DNA of 64,000 nt from Bacteroidales bacterium (GCA_021373135.1 JAJFTH010000006.1:388119-452118); one strand, 5' to 3'; positions 35,953 to 46,564 are shown, counted from the first letter of the stretch. The notes: generated by a model from the sequence alone, not told the origin. Numbers and translations are program-made.

Positions 35953-37866
35953 ATGAAAAAGACTGTTTTGTTTCTATTTTTTTCAGTTTGCCTTTCAATT
36001 TGTACAGCCCAAATCAAGGATCCTATTATTATGGACATCGGGGGAAATGCTGTCACGAAATCAGAATTTGAGTATATCTGGAACAAGAATAGTGCGAATG
36101 CTGTATCCGATCAGAAATCTTTGGACGAATACGTTGACTTGTTTGTTAATTTCAAACTCAAGGTTGCCGAAGCAAAAGCACAAGGAATTGATACCACCAA
36201 AGCATTTATCAATGAGCTAAGCGGATACCGTCGTCAGCTTGCAGCTCCTTACCTGACGGACAAAGATGTAGAAGAAGCACTGGTCAAGGAAGCTTATGAA
36301 CGTATCAAAACTTATGTGGAAACCAGTCATATCCTCGTTTCAGTCAGACCGGATGACTGTCCTGAAGATACCCTGAAGGCGTGGCAAAAAATTTCGAAAA
36401 TATATCAAAGAGCCATTCAAGGAGAAGACTTTGCAAAATTGGCCAAAGAAAATTCCGAAGATGGCAGCAAGAATAATGGTGGATATCTGGGTTGTACCAC
36501 AGGCGGTCATTTTGTATACGAATTTGAAAATGCGGCATTCAACACTCCTGTAGGAGAAATCAGCAAACCATTCCGCACTCAATTTGGTTATCATGTTGTA
36601 AAAGTGCACAGCCGTTATCCTGCAAACGGACTGTACCGTTCCGGACATATTCTGAAAATTGTTTCTCCCACTGCGACCGAAGAAGAAAAAGCGGCAGCAA
36701 AGGACTCCATATTTAAGATTTACAATGCATTAAAAAACGGTGAGGATTTCAGGTTGTATGCCACTAAGCACTCTGATGATAAGAATGCAGCATCACACAA
36801 TGGAGAATATGGTTTTTTGTTCTGTGGATCGTTACCCATTGAATATGAAAAGACTATATTTAAATTGAAGGTCGGTGAATATTCAGAACCATTCCAATCA
36901 AAATATGGTTGGCATATTGTAAAGGCACTCGAGTTTAAACCATATCCCGAAATGGATGCGCTTCGCGAAAATATCAACACGAACATAGCCAGGGATAAAC
37001 GTTCCGAGCTTGGAAAAAGGACCTTGGTTGAAAAATTGAAGAAAGAATACAATTATACCTGTAACAAGGAAAGTATTGAAGCTTTCTTCGAATCTTCAGG
37101 TTATACCATAGTGTTGGCAGAAAAGTCCGTATCCGATAGTCCATTGTTCACATTAAATGGCGTGACATTCACTCAGAAACAATTTGCTGCATTCTTGAAA
37201 AATAGGAAAAATCTTTATTCTTCAAATCTGAATGATGCTTTTGACAGTTTCGTTCAACAGGAAGTGTTATCTTATGAAGATAGTCAACTCGAAAAGAAAT
37301 ATCCCGAATTTGGACATCTGATGCAGGAGTACAGTGATGGAATCCTGCTTTTCGATGTCAGCAACCGCGAAGTGTGGGAAAAGGCATCCATCGACACGGT
37401 AGGTCTTGAGTCCTATTTTAACGCAAACAAGGCTAAATATGCATGGGATAAGCCTCACTACAAAGGTTTTATCATTCATTGTGCTGACGCACAGGTAGCA
37501 AAGAAAGCCAAAAAGATGATCAAAAAAATGCCGGCAGATTCCATCGCTGTTGTTTTAAAACGCACCTTCAATACAGATTCCACGACCTTGGTGAAAATGG
37601 AGCGAGGATTATATGCTCAGGGTAATAATGCCAATGTAGATTTTCTCGTATTCAAACAAGGCAAGTTGGAACCAAAAGAAGGTTTTCCGGAAATATTTAT
37701 TCAGGGTAAAAAGCTGAAAAAGGGTCCGGAATCTTATACGGATGTTCGCGGATTGGTCATTTCTGACTATCAAAATTATCTTGAACAAAAGTGGATTGAG
37801 AAGTTGAAGGGCAAATTTCAGGTGAACGTCTACAAAGATGTTGTAAATACGGTTAATAAAAATTAA
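35953..37866 (+). CDS. Periplasmic peptidyl-prolyl isomerase with two parvulin (PpiC) domains
   Basis: 637 aa with a signal peptide. Two rotamase signatures are present: SHILVSV...GYLGCTTGGHFVYEFENAAF...FGYHVVKV and GHILKIV...FQSKYGWHIVKAL. Confidence 0.8.
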   Translation: MKKTVLFLFFSVCLSICTAQIKDPIIMDIGGNAVTKSEFEYIWNKNSANAVSDQKSLDEYVDLFVNFKLKVAEAKAQGIDTTKAFINELSGYRRQLAAPYLTDKDVEEALVKEAYERIKTYVETSHILVSVRPDDCPEDTLKAWQKISKIYQRAIQGEDFAKLAKENSEDGSKNNGGYLGCTTGGHFVYEFENAAFNTPVGEISKPFRTQFGYHVVKVHSRYPANGLYRSGHILKIVSPTATEEEKAAAKDSIFKIYNALKNGEDFRLYATKHSDDKNAASHNGEYGFLFCGSLPIEYEKTIFKLKVGEYSEPFQSKYGWHIVKALEFKPYPEMDALRENINTNIARDKRSELGKRTLVEKLKKEYNYTCNKESIEAFFESSGYTIVLAEKSVSDSPLFTLNGVTFTQKQFAAFLKNRKNLYSSNLNDAFDSFVQQEVLSYEDSQLEKKYPEFGHLMQEYSDGILLFDVSNREVWEKASIDTVGLESYFNANKAKYAWDKPHYKGFIIHCADAQVAKKAKKMIKKMPADSIAVVLKRTFNTDSTTLVKMERGLYAQGNNANVDFLVFKQGKLEPKEGFPEIFIQGKKLKKGPESYTDVRGLVISDYQNYLEQKWIEKLKGKFQVNVYKDVVNTVNKN

Positions 37867-37925
37867 GCCGGATTTCGTTTGCATCTTTTTGTTTACCTTT
37901 GTATCTTTAAAGAGAGATTATAGAT

Positions 37926-38774
37926 ATGAAGCATGTCCTTTTGTTGTTGATGTTGATGCCGGCTCTGCTAAAGACATGCGGGAATTCCGGAGAGGAGGGA
38001 GACCGTATTCCTTTGGCGAAAGTCGGAAGCGAGATCATTTATAAGGACGAAGCTCTTCAGGGTATGCCTGCCGGACTTTCAGCAAAAGATAGCACGGCAT
38101 ATATAAAACAGTTTCTGAAGAATCGGATCAAGGAATTGTTGGTTTATGAAAAGGCCGTCGACAATATCCCTCAGAATCAGGAAATGAAGGATTTGGTTGA
38201 AAATTATCGCCGTTCTTTGATCATTTATGAGTATCAGCAGCAGGTTCTGAATGAGAAAATGCAGACTGAAATATCAGAATCAGAGATGATGGATTTTTAT
38301 AAATCCCATGCTGGCCGTTTCGTTACGGAACACAATCTGGTTAAAGGTATCTTTGTCAAGGTGCCGAAGAATGCTCCGGATCTGGAAAAGCTGAAAAAAC
38401 TGTACAAGAGTTCTTCATCCGAATCATTTGAGAAGATTGAAAAATATTGTGTTCAGAATGCTGGCCAATTCGAATACTTTTATGATAAGTGGGTCAGTCT
38501 TGACGATATCATGGATAACATTCCGTACACCCTAAGCAGCCAGTCTGATTTTTTAAGGACCAGGTCAACATTGGAAGTGGTTGAAAAAGATTTCTGCTAT
38601 TTACTTTATATTGATGACTATGTTCTTTCCGGAAATACGGCACCATTCGAATATGTTTGTGATGACGTAAAGAATATCATGATAAATACCAGAAAAACTG
38701 ATTTTATCCATCAGTTTGAGCAGCAACTTTTGAATGAAGCGGAGAAGAAAAGAAAAATTAAGTATTATAAATAA
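37926..38774 (+). CDS. Lipoprotein related to the SurA/PpiD N-terminal chaperone domain (no clear rotamase motif)
   Basis: 282 aa. The signal with Cys is MKHVLLLLMLMPALLKTC. It is sandwiched between two parvulin genes. The family assignment is from context only. Confidence 0.4.
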   Translation: MKHVLLLLMLMPALLKTCGNSGEEGDRIPLAKVGSEIIYKDEALQGMPAGLSAKDSTAYIKQFLKNRIKELLVYEKAVDNIPQNQEMKDLVENYRRSLIIYEYQQQVLNEKMQTEISESEMMDFYKSHAGRFVTEHNLVKGIFVKVPKNAPDLEKLKKLYKSSSSESFEKIEKYCVQNAGQFEYFYDKWVSLDDIMDNIPYTLSSQSDFLRTRSTLEVVEKDFCYLLYIDDYVLSGNTAPFEYVCDDVKNIMINTRKTDFIHQFEQQLLNEAEKKRKIKYYK

Positions 38775-38810
38775 ATAGACACATTTTCAGATGTGCGAAT
38801 ACGAAGACTA

Positions 38811-40154
38811 ATGAAAAAACTTTTTGCATTGCTTCCATTTTTGGCGCTTAGCGTTTTGCCTGTGATCTCTCAAGATAATGTGATAGATGAAGTGGTTTGG
38901 GTAGTAGGAGATGAGCCAATTCTGCGTTCTGATGTTGAAAAGCAACGTCTGCAGGCACAGTATGAAGGCGTGAAATTTAGTGGAGACCCCTATTGTGTTA
39001 TTCCTGAACAATTGGCCGTACAAAAATTGTATTTGCATCAGGCAGATTTAGATAGTGTTGTTGTAAATGAGAGTGATGTGATTCCCGATGTGGATCGTAA
39101 TATCAACAGAATTATCGCCCAACTTGGCTCCAAAGAAAAAATGGAAGAGTACTTTGGTATGCCTTTGTCCAAAATTCGTGAAACGCAACGGGAATCGGCC
39201 CGCAATCAAATGATTGTAAGAAGGGTGCAAAGTAAATTGGTGGATGATATTACCGTTACTCCTGCTGAGGTCCGCCAGTTTTACAATACTTTACCCCTTG
39301 ACAGCATCCCGGTGACGCCTGCTGAAATTGAAGTCGAGATTATCACAGTAGAGCCGAAATATGAACAAGCCGAAATAGGTGCCATCAAGGATCGTTTGCG
39401 TGAATTTACGGAACGTGTCAATCGTGGGGATAACTTTTCAACGTTGGCTGTGATGTATTCGGAGGACAGAAACTCTGCCAAGGTGGGTGGAGAACTCGGT
39501 TTTATGGGAAAAGGAGAATTGGTTCCTGAGTTTGCCAATGTTGCTTTTTCTCTGACAGATCCCAAAAAAGTATCAAAAATTGTGGAAACAGAGTTTGGCT
39601 ATCACATTATTCAGTTGATAGAAAAGAGAGGGGACAGAATTAATTGTCGCCATATTCTGCTCAAACCAAAGATCTCCGCTTCAGAACGAAATCAGTCATT
39701 ATTGAGACTGGATAGTATTGCAGATATTATCCGTAACCAAAAGATCAGATTTGAAGATGCCGCACAATATTATTCTTTCGACAAGGATACCAAGAACAAT
39801 GGAGGACTGATGGTTAATACAAACACTGGAACTTCGCGTTTCACCATGGAAGAATTGCCGCAAGAGGTCGGTAAAATGGCTTACCAAATGAATGTCGGAG
39901 AAATCTCAAAGCCATTTACCATGATTACATCTAAGGAAAAAGAAGTTTGTGCCATCATTCGTGTGAAGTCCAAGAGCAAAGCTCACAGAGCCAGCATTTC
40001 AGAAGATTTCCAGCAAATTCAGCAAATCGTTATGGGTAAAAAACGCGATAAGGTTCTGAATGAGTGGATTTTAGAGAAACAGAAGAAAACGTATGTACGG
40101 ATAGATGACCACTGGCGAAATTGCGAGTTCAAATATCCGGGTTGGATTAAATGA
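38811..40154 (+). CDS. SurA-like peptidyl-prolyl isomerase/chaperone
   Basis: Signal peptide MKKLFALLPFLALSVLPVISQ. The parvulin domain is GGELGFMGKGELVPEFANVAF...TEFGYHIIQLIEKR. The listed start at 38793 is GTG; ATG 38811 is preferred. Confidence 0.8.
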   Translation: MKKLFALLPFLALSVLPVISQDNVIDEVVWVVGDEPILRSDVEKQRLQAQYEGVKFSGDPYCVIPEQLAVQKLYLHQADLDSVVVNESDVIPDVDRNINRIIAQLGSKEKMEEYFGMPLSKIRETQRESARNQMIVRRVQSKLVDDITVTPAEVRQFYNTLPLDSIPVTPAEIEVEIITVEPKYEQAEIGAIKDRLREFTERVNRGDNFSTLAVMYSEDRNSAKVGGELGFMGKGELVPEFANVAFSLTDPKKVSKIVETEFGYHIIQLIEKRGDRINCRHILLKPKISASERNQSLLRLDSIADIIRNQKIRFEDAAQYYSFDKDTKNNGGLMVNTNTGTSRFTMEELPQEVGKMAYQMNVGEISKPFTMITSKEKEVCAIIRVKSKSKAHRASISEDFQQIQQIVMGKKRDKVLNEWILEKQKKTYVRIDDHWRNCEFKYPGWIK

Positions 40155-41953
40155 TAAAAATGGTAAAATATACACTATCAAAGGATTATAGGCATAAAAT
40201 ACAAGTGATTTGTTTTTTATGCCTTTTCCCTATTTTGATAGTTGCACAGTCTGGAAATTTTGGATTTTCTCCTTTGAGAATGTCAAAAAAGGCGGCGAAG
40301 CAAACAGAACAGGTAACAACCAAGCCAAAGAAGGCTGTGAAAAAAGTAAAGGAACAAGAAGCTCCGCTGATAGCTCCGCCTTCTTTTCCACGGGTAAAAA
40401 AAAGCAAGGAGACCATTAGCGGAAAAAAGATCAATCTGGAACATTCCGAAACACTATCTTATGATAAGTTTGTCAATCCGGATTATCAAATCTTGACCGG
40501 TGATGTGCGTTTTCGTCACGAAGGTGCTTATCTGTTTTGTGATTCTGCCCATTACTACACGAAAAGCAATTCATTGTATGCCTATGGGAATGTCCACATG
40601 GAACAAGGCGATTCTATTTTTTTGTATGGAGCATGGCTTTATTACGATGGAAACACCAAGTTGGTCATGGTTCGTGAGAAGGTGCGCCTGGAAAATAAGA
40701 AGGTTACCCTTTTTACCGATAGTTTGAATTACGACCGCATCTCGAATATCGGTTATTTTTTTGACGGAGGTTTATTAGTCAATGAAGATGGTGATGTGAC
40801 CAATGAATTGTCTTCAGAATATGGTCAGTATAGTCCTGCAACTAAAATGGCAGATTTTAAGCATGATGTCAAGTTGGTCCATCCGGAATTCGTCATGACC
40901 AATCAGGAACTTGAATACAATACAGCGACAGGCAAGGCGAGGATTTTTTGCCCGACGGAAATTGTGGCTGACAGTGGTTATGTGTATTCGGAGAATGGAT
41001 GGTATAACACCAAAACCGACAAAAGTTTGTTGTTGAAACCTTCATACATTCTCAACAATCACAGACGTCTCACCGGAGATTCCATCAACTATGACAATAA
41101 AAATGGTATAGGTGAGGCTTTCGGCAATGCTGTCTTGATCGATTCGACACAACAGGTGACGTTAAAAGGGAATTACGGTTATAGCGAGGAAAAGACCAAC
41201 TATGCCTTGATGTCCGATAGTGCCTTGATGATAGAGCATTCTTCCAAAGATACTTTGTTTCTGCATGCGGATACGCTCTTGGCCAGAAAAGATTCCATTT
41301 ATAATGAGGTGACAGCTTTTCATGGAGTAAGGTTTTTTCGTTCCGATGTGCAGGGTGTATGTGATTCCTTATATTATTCAACCCGTGATTCTGTGCTGAG
41401 TTTTTACTATAAACCAATCTTATGGTCGGAACAGCAACAACTGACCGGAGAATTCATGCAACTGTACACAAAAAACAAGGAGCCTGACTATCTACATATC
41501 CAAAAGGCTGCCATGGTCATATCCCAGGAAGGGGATTCGCTTTTCAATCAATCATCAGGAAAGGATCTGATTGCTTATTTTGATTCCAGCCAGGTGGTTC
41601 GTGTTGAAATAAAAGGCAATGCTGAAACCATCTACCTGCCTCGTGACGAAAGCAAAACAATCATTGGTCTGAACCATCTGGAAGGCAGTTCCCTGAACCT
41701 CTTTATGGAAAATAAGAAAATGAAGAAAATCATTGTCTGGCCAAAGCCTAAAGGAAAGTTTTACCCCATGGATAAGTTGCCGTCTGAAGATAGATATCTG
41801 AAAAACTTCGACTGGTACCAAAGTATTCGCCCTGTCGGGCCAAATGATGTTTTCAGAAAGATTATAAAAACTACGGCATCTGAAACCCAGAAGGTTCGCC
41901 TGAAAGCAAAGGCATCAGCCATTCCACCAGTTAAAAAAAAATCTAATAAATAA
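40151..41953 (+). CDS. OstA-like (LptD N-terminal-like) beta-jellyroll repeat protein
   Basis: 600 aa. The N-terminal signal/anchor is followed by repeated OstA-like segments (LTGDVRFRHEGAYLFCDSAHYY..., LTGDSINYDNKNGIGEAFGNAVL). The start overlaps the previous stop (ATGA). Confidence 0.5.
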   Translation: MIKMVKYTLSKDYRHKIQVICFLCLFPILIVAQSGNFGFSPLRMSKKAAKQTEQVTTKPKKAVKKVKEQEAPLIAPPSFPRVKKSKETISGKKINLEHSETLSYDKFVNPDYQILTGDVRFRHEGAYLFCDSAHYYTKSNSLYAYGNVHMEQGDSIFLYGAWLYYDGNTKLVMVREKVRLENKKVTLFTDSLNYDRISNIGYFFDGGLLVNEDGDVTNELSSEYGQYSPATKMADFKHDVKLVHPEFVMTNQELEYNTATGKARIFCPTEIVADSGYVYSENGWYNTKTDKSLLLKPSYILNNHRRLTGDSINYDNKNGIGEAFGNAVLIDSTQQVTLKGNYGYSEEKTNYALMSDSALMIEHSSKDTLFLHADTLLARKDSIYNEVTAFHGVRFFRSDVQGVCDSLYYSTRDSVLSFYYKPILWSEQQQLTGEFMQLYTKNKEPDYLHIQKAAMVISQEGDSLFNQSSGKDLIAYFDSSQVVRVEIKGNAETIYLPRDESKTIIGLNHLEGSSLNLFMENKKMKKIIVWPKPKGKFYPMDKLPSEDRYLKNFDWYQSIRPVGPNDVFRKIIKTTASETQKVRLKAKASAIPPVKKKSNK

Positions 41954-42009
41954 TTGGTAAATATTATTTCGGTAATATATTATCTTTGTGTATTGTTATT
42001 TATAGTTGA

Positions 42010-43923
42010 ATGGAAAATTTGATACGTGTTCTGCCTGATTCTGTCGCCAGCCAAATAGCTGCCGGGGAAGTGATCCAAAGACCAGCCTCTGTTGTGAAAG
42101 AATTGGTTGAGAACGCTATTGATGCAGGTGCTACTCAGATTGATGTTGCTTTAAAAGACGCAGGACGCAATCTGATCATGGTTCTGGATAACGGAAAGGG
42201 AATGTCTCCATCTGATGCCCATGTGGCTTTTGAGCGGCACGCCACTTCCAAATTGCGCCAGGCTTCTGATCTATTTCAACTCCATACCATGGGATTCAGG
42301 GGAGAAGCACTTGCCTCCATCGCTTCTGTTGCCCAAGTTGATTTGGTGACACGAAGACCAAAAGACGAACTGGCCTGGAAAGTGGAAATTGAAGGATCCA
42401 AGATCACCAATGAAGAACCTTCTCTTGCAGCACAAGGCAGCCGCTTTACCGTAAGAAATCTCTTCTATAACATTCCTGCGAGAAGAAAATTCTTAAGTGA
42501 AAATTCAAAGGAATTACGTTATATCAGGGATGAATTCATACAGATCGCATTGGTTTATCCGAATCTGAATATGAGTTTAACCCACAACGATGAGGTGTTG
42601 TATCAACTATCGCCTACTACTATCAGACAGCGGATTATCGGCATCTTTGGCAAACGTTCCGGTGGTCAACTCGGCAAGCAGTTGTATGCAGTTGATGTCA
42701 ATACCCAACTGATCAAAATTTCCGGTTTCATCGGAGATCCGGCAGCTTCTTGCCACCGGGATTCCATGCAGTATTTTTTTGTGAACGGACGTTTTATCCG
42801 GCACAAACTTTTCAGAAGTGCTGTGATGAAAGCCTATGAGACTTTGATTCCAACAGGTCAGCTACCTACCTATTTTTTGTATTTTGACGTCGATCCTGAG
42901 GCTTTGGATGTGAACATACACCCAACCAAGACAGAAGTGAAGTTTGAACATGAACAAGCCATATGGCCTATCATTCATGCAGCAGTGCGTGAGGCTCTTG
43001 GTAAAGCCAATGCCGTGCCATCCTTAGACTTTGACAGGGACGATGCTCCTGAAATTCGTGTTTTTACAGGAGATCGGGCGGTCGATGCGCCTCATGTCCG
43101 TTTTGACCCTACCTATAATCCATTTCATCCTTCACCAAAACAAACAGTACCTAATTGGGATGCTCTTTTTGAAGGTTTCGAAAAAGGTGCAGGAATGGGA
43201 AAATCGTATCAAAAAGTAGAAAACATTCAACCTGAAGAACAAAATAAATTGAAAGATTTGGCCTCTGCTTTTTCTGAAGGATTTGATATCTTGCCAAAAG
43301 ATGATTTTTTGAATGAGGTGCAGGATACCGCAGGACTATTTGCAAATGAGACCAATAAAATCGATGCCAATCTGACAAAATTTCAACTTTTTGGATCTTA
43401 TATTGTTCTCTATAGCTCACAATATCTTTCTTTTATCGATCAGCACAGGGCTCATGTTAGAGTGTTGTTTGAAAAATACCAGTCGATACTTGTAAACGGG
43501 ATAGCCCCATCACAGACTTTACTTTTTCCGGAAGAGCTTCAAATAGATGTTCTTCAAAGAAATGAATTGTTGGAAATGTTAGATGATATACAGGCTTTGG
43601 GCTTCAAGGTGAATTGTGAGGGAGATGATTTTTTTGTGGCTGCTGTTCCCAATGATCTGGACGATATTGATCCTTGTATCTTGATTCTTGACATGATGGA
43701 ATCCATGCACCATCCGGAGGTTGACTTTCAGGGTGACAGGCGCGATCGTTTGGCTTTACGTTTGGCAAATTCAGCTTCAATACCTAACGGACGAGTACTC
43801 AATGAAATTGAGATGGATAATTTGATCCAGAAGCTTTTTAGTTGCGCTGAGCCGAAATATACACCCGATGGGAAGAATATCATGCTTCAGATAATGGCAG
43901 AGGATTTGTTGAAGCGGTTTTAA
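42010..43923 (+). CDS. mutL: DNA mismatch repair protein MutL
   Basis: Contains IAAGEVIQRPASVVKELVENAIDAG, DNGKGM and GFRGEAL (GHKL ATPase), followed by the C-terminal dimerisation domain. Confidence 0.93.
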   Translation: MENLIRVLPDSVASQIAAGEVIQRPASVVKELVENAIDAGATQIDVALKDAGRNLIMVLDNGKGMSPSDAHVAFERHATSKLRQASDLFQLHTMGFRGEALASIASVAQVDLVTRRPKDELAWKVEIEGSKITNEEPSLAAQGSRFTVRNLFYNIPARRKFLSENSKELRYIRDEFIQIALVYPNLNMSLTHNDEVLYQLSPTTIRQRIIGIFGKRSGGQLGKQLYAVDVNTQLIKISGFIGDPAASCHRDSMQYFFVNGRFIRHKLFRSAVMKAYETLIPTGQLPTYFLYFDVDPEALDVNIHPTKTEVKFEHEQAIWPIIHAAVREALGKANAVPSLDFDRDDAPEIRVFTGDRAVDAPHVRFDPTYNPFHPSPKQTVPNWDALFEGFEKGAGMGKSYQKVENIQPEEQNKLKDLASAFSEGFDILPKDDFLNEVQDTAGLFANETNKIDANLTKFQLFGSYIVLYSSQYLSFIDQHRAHVRVLFEKYQSILVNGIAPSQTLLFPEELQIDVLQRNELLEMLDDIQALGFKVNCEGDDFFVAAVPNDLDDIDPCILILDMMESMHHPEVDFQGDRRDRLALRLANSASIPNGRVLNEIEMDNLIQKLFSCAEPKYTPDGKNIMLQIMAEDLLKRF

Positions 43924-43946
43924 GGTTTGACTATAAAAGTCACGAT

Positions 43947-44777
43947 ATGATGTCATCCGGAATTTGTACACAGCCTCTTTTACCTCTTCGTTCAGATCCA
44001 TCTGAACAATCGGAAATGATCAGCCAACTCCTTTTCGGAGAACTCTTTGAGGTTTTGGAAGAGCATGGGTCATGGAGTAAGATCCGTAATCTGTCCGACG
44101 ACTATCAAGGTTGGTGTACTACAAAAATGCTGCAATTACTGCCTCTCCCTTTTTTTGAAACCATAGAAAAGAAAGATCCGATCTTTACGAATGTTCCATT
44201 GTCTGCTTGTTTAAAACAAGGAGAGAGCGAACCTCGATTATTTTTACCAGCCGGAAGTCGACTTTACTTTTTTGATGAAGAATCAAAATTCTTCCCGATA
44301 TGGAGAACCAGGTTCCCTGGAGAGGACAAACCAGAAAAGGAATATTGGTCTATCAATCCTGATTTTCTTGGTTATACCGGAAAAACGACTGTTCAGGAAA
44401 TGATAAGGACAGCCATGCTTTTCATGAATGCACCCTATTTATGGGGAGGAAAGAGCATTCTTGGAATAGATTGTTCCGGCCTAACTCAATTGGTATATTC
44501 GATCTTAGGCATTAAATTGTCTCGAAATGCCTGTGATCAGGTCATTCAAGGGATGTCCGTCTCAAATTTATTTGAGGCAGAGCCCGGAGATTTGGCCTTT
44601 TTCTCCAATACCGAAGGTAAAGTAGTACATGTTGGTATTTTATTGGATCGAAATAGAATCCTTCATGCTTCAGGTTGTGTCCATATAGATCCTATTGATG
44701 CAGAGGGGATATATAATGAAGTTTTAGGCAGGTATACACATCACCTTTTTTCCATCAGGAGGATCATTGGTCTTTAA
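43947..44777 (+). CDS. NlpC/P60 (C40) family cell-wall peptidase with N-terminal SH3-like domain
   Basis: The catalytic Cys is in PYLWGGKSILGIDCSGLTQLVY. His residues are in VVHVGILL and ILHAS. Confidence 0.82.
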   Translation: MMSSGICTQPLLPLRSDPSEQSEMISQLLFGELFEVLEEHGSWSKIRNLSDDYQGWCTTKMLQLLPLPFFETIEKKDPIFTNVPLSACLKQGESEPRLFLPAGSRLYFFDEESKFFPIWRTRFPGEDKPEKEYWSINPDFLGYTGKTTVQEMIRTAMLFMNAPYLWGGKSILGIDCSGLTQLVYSILGIKLSRNACDQVIQGMSVSNLFEAEPGDLAFFSNTEGKVVHVGILLDRNRILHASGCVHIDPIDAEGIYNEVLGRYTHHLFSIRRIIGL

Positions 44778-45088
44778 TCTCTATGGGTAAATTTCCCGCC
44801 GCTTGGGGCGAAATCAGGGTTCAGGGCTTGCCCTGGGGTTCATAACTTTTAATGACTGATATTTGAATTTAACGCCAAGAATCTTTCCAATTTTGACTTT
44901 TAATATATATCATGGAAATATAATTTCCATCAAGTAAATAATTTGAACCAAATCGCATTGCCTCATCCTTTTTTGTAAGGTATTTTCATCCAAGATTATT
45001 TTTTTAGAAAAGGTCGGATGGAACGATGCATGATAAAAGTTCAAAAACGTGTTTCTCGTTGTTTTTACATGCTTGTTTCGTTAGATAA

Positions 45089-45442
45089 ATGAAACTTTAC
45101 GACGAGATGGCACTTAAGTTTGTAAATACTGATCTAAATAGGAACGTTGGTGGAAAATTGCTGAGGGTACGTCAGAGAGAAGGCGTATCGCAACAAAATG
45201 TGGCCGATGATCTGGGCTTTTCATCGACGACTTATTCCAAACTGGAGAATGGTAAGGTCGATTTTACCGTGACTCGCCTGGAACAGCTGGCCAATTATTT
45301 TAAAGTGAATGTCTGCGATTTCCTTGACTCGGATATAGATATTCCCAGACTCCTTCAGGATATGAAAATTCCTGCAGATTATAAAGTCCTTGAGGCAAAA
45401 TATGAACTGCTTCGGGAATTATATGAAGCGAAAAACAAATAA
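45089..45442 (+). CDS. XRE-family helix-turn-helix transcriptional regulator
   Basis: 117 aa. Contains LLRVRQREGVSQQNVADDLGFSSTTYSKLENGK (HTH_3 pattern). Confidence 0.8.
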   Translation: MKLYDEMALKFVNTDLNRNVGGKLLRVRQREGVSQQNVADDLGFSSTTYSKLENGKVDFTVTRLEQLANYFKVNVCDFLDSDIDIPRLLQDMKIPADYKVLEAKYELLRELYEAKNK

Positions 45443-45452
45443 GGTGTTTTTG

Positions 45453-46442
45453 TCAGAAGGGCTTGAATCCCATGATTTCTCTTACTGGAACGATTGTCTT
45501 TAAAGCACTTGCACGTGCTTTTTCTGCTCCTTCCGTCACTACTTTGTGCAAGTAGGCTTTATCGTTGCTGATTTCATTGTACCGTTCGCGTATCGGGGTA
45601 GTAACCTTGATGACGTCAGCTGCGAGTTGCTTCTTCAAATCTCCATAACGGATTTCGCATTTATTCCATTCTTCATTGAAATAATCATAGGTATCCGGTG
45701 TGGAGACCACTTTAAGGATGGTGAACAGATTTTCAATGTATTCGGGCTTGACAGAATTCATTTCTGTAGGTCCGCTGTCAGTCAGGGCTTTCATCATCTT
45801 TTTTTCAATGACCTTGGGCTCGTCGCAAAGGTAAACACAATTTCCTTCTGATTTCCCCATCTTGCCGCTGCCGTCGAGTCCGGGAATCTTGATGAGTTCA
45901 TGCCCGTAATTGTAAGCCTGTGGTTCCTTGAAAAAATCAACCCCGTAGAAATTATTGAACCGGCGTGCAAATCGGCGTGTCATTTCGAGGTGTTGTTCCT
46001 GGTCTTTTCCTACAGGCACCTTGTCTGCATTGTGTAATAGGATATCGGCGGCCATTAGGGTAGGATAGGTGAGCAATCCTGCATTCACATTTTCCGGTTG
46101 TTTCCTGGCTTTTTCCTTGAAAGAAGTGGTCTTGGCCAATTCGCCCATATAGGCGTGCATGTTCAGCATCAGGTAAAGTTCAATCACTTCCTTGACGTCA
46201 CTCTGGACGTAAATGGTTGCAATGTTTGGGTCAATTCCTGCTGCAAGGTATTCGCAAAGTACTTCCTTGACGTTTTCATGTAAAGTCTTTGGATCTGGTT
46301 GAGTGGTCAGCGAATGGTAATCTGCAATAAAGAAAAAGCAATTATTTTCATGTTGCATGCGTATAAAGTTACGCAAGGCTCCGTAGTAATTTCCGAGGTG
46401 TAAATTTCCGGTGGAACGGATTCCACTCAATACTGTATCCAT
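45453..46442 (-). CDS. trpS: Tryptophan--tRNA ligase
   Basis: 329 aa. The HIGH-type motif is TGNLHLGNYYGA and the KMSKS-type motif is KMGKS. The size fits TrpRS. Confidence 0.9.
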   Translation of the reverse strand: MDTVLSGIRSTGNLHLGNYYGALRNFIRMQHENNCFFFIADYHSLTTQPDPKTLHENVKEVLCEYLAAGIDPNIATIYVQSDVKEVIELYLMLNMHAYMGELAKTTSFKEKARKQPENVNAGLLTYPTLMAADILLHNADKVPVGKDQEQHLEMTRRFARRFNNFYGVDFFKEPQAYNYGHELIKIPGLDGSGKMGKSEGNCVYLCDEPKVIEKKMMKALTDSGPTEMNSVKPEYIENLFTILKVVSTPDTYDYFNEEWNKCEIRYGDLKKQLAADVIKVTTPIRERYNEISNDKAYLHKVVTEGAEKARASALKTIVPVREIMGFKPF

Positions 46443-46564
46443 ATTCTTATGATTCAGGATTCCCCGAAAACAGTACGGGGAATTGGTAGCGCAAAGTTAA
46501 TTCTTTTTGCGTGAATGTCAAAGTGCTATTCCTTCATGAATGGTTCTGATAATGAATAGAAGTT

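Noticed and set aside
46458-46482. A perfect 8-bp hairpin ATTCCCCG-(9 nt)-CGGGGAAT between the argF' stop and the trpS start, considered as a T-box or attenuator for trpS.
   Set aside because: It is too short for a T-box, has no specifier or T-box sequence, and is not followed by a U-tract. It is most simply a weak operon-end or processing hairpin, and I could not support more.
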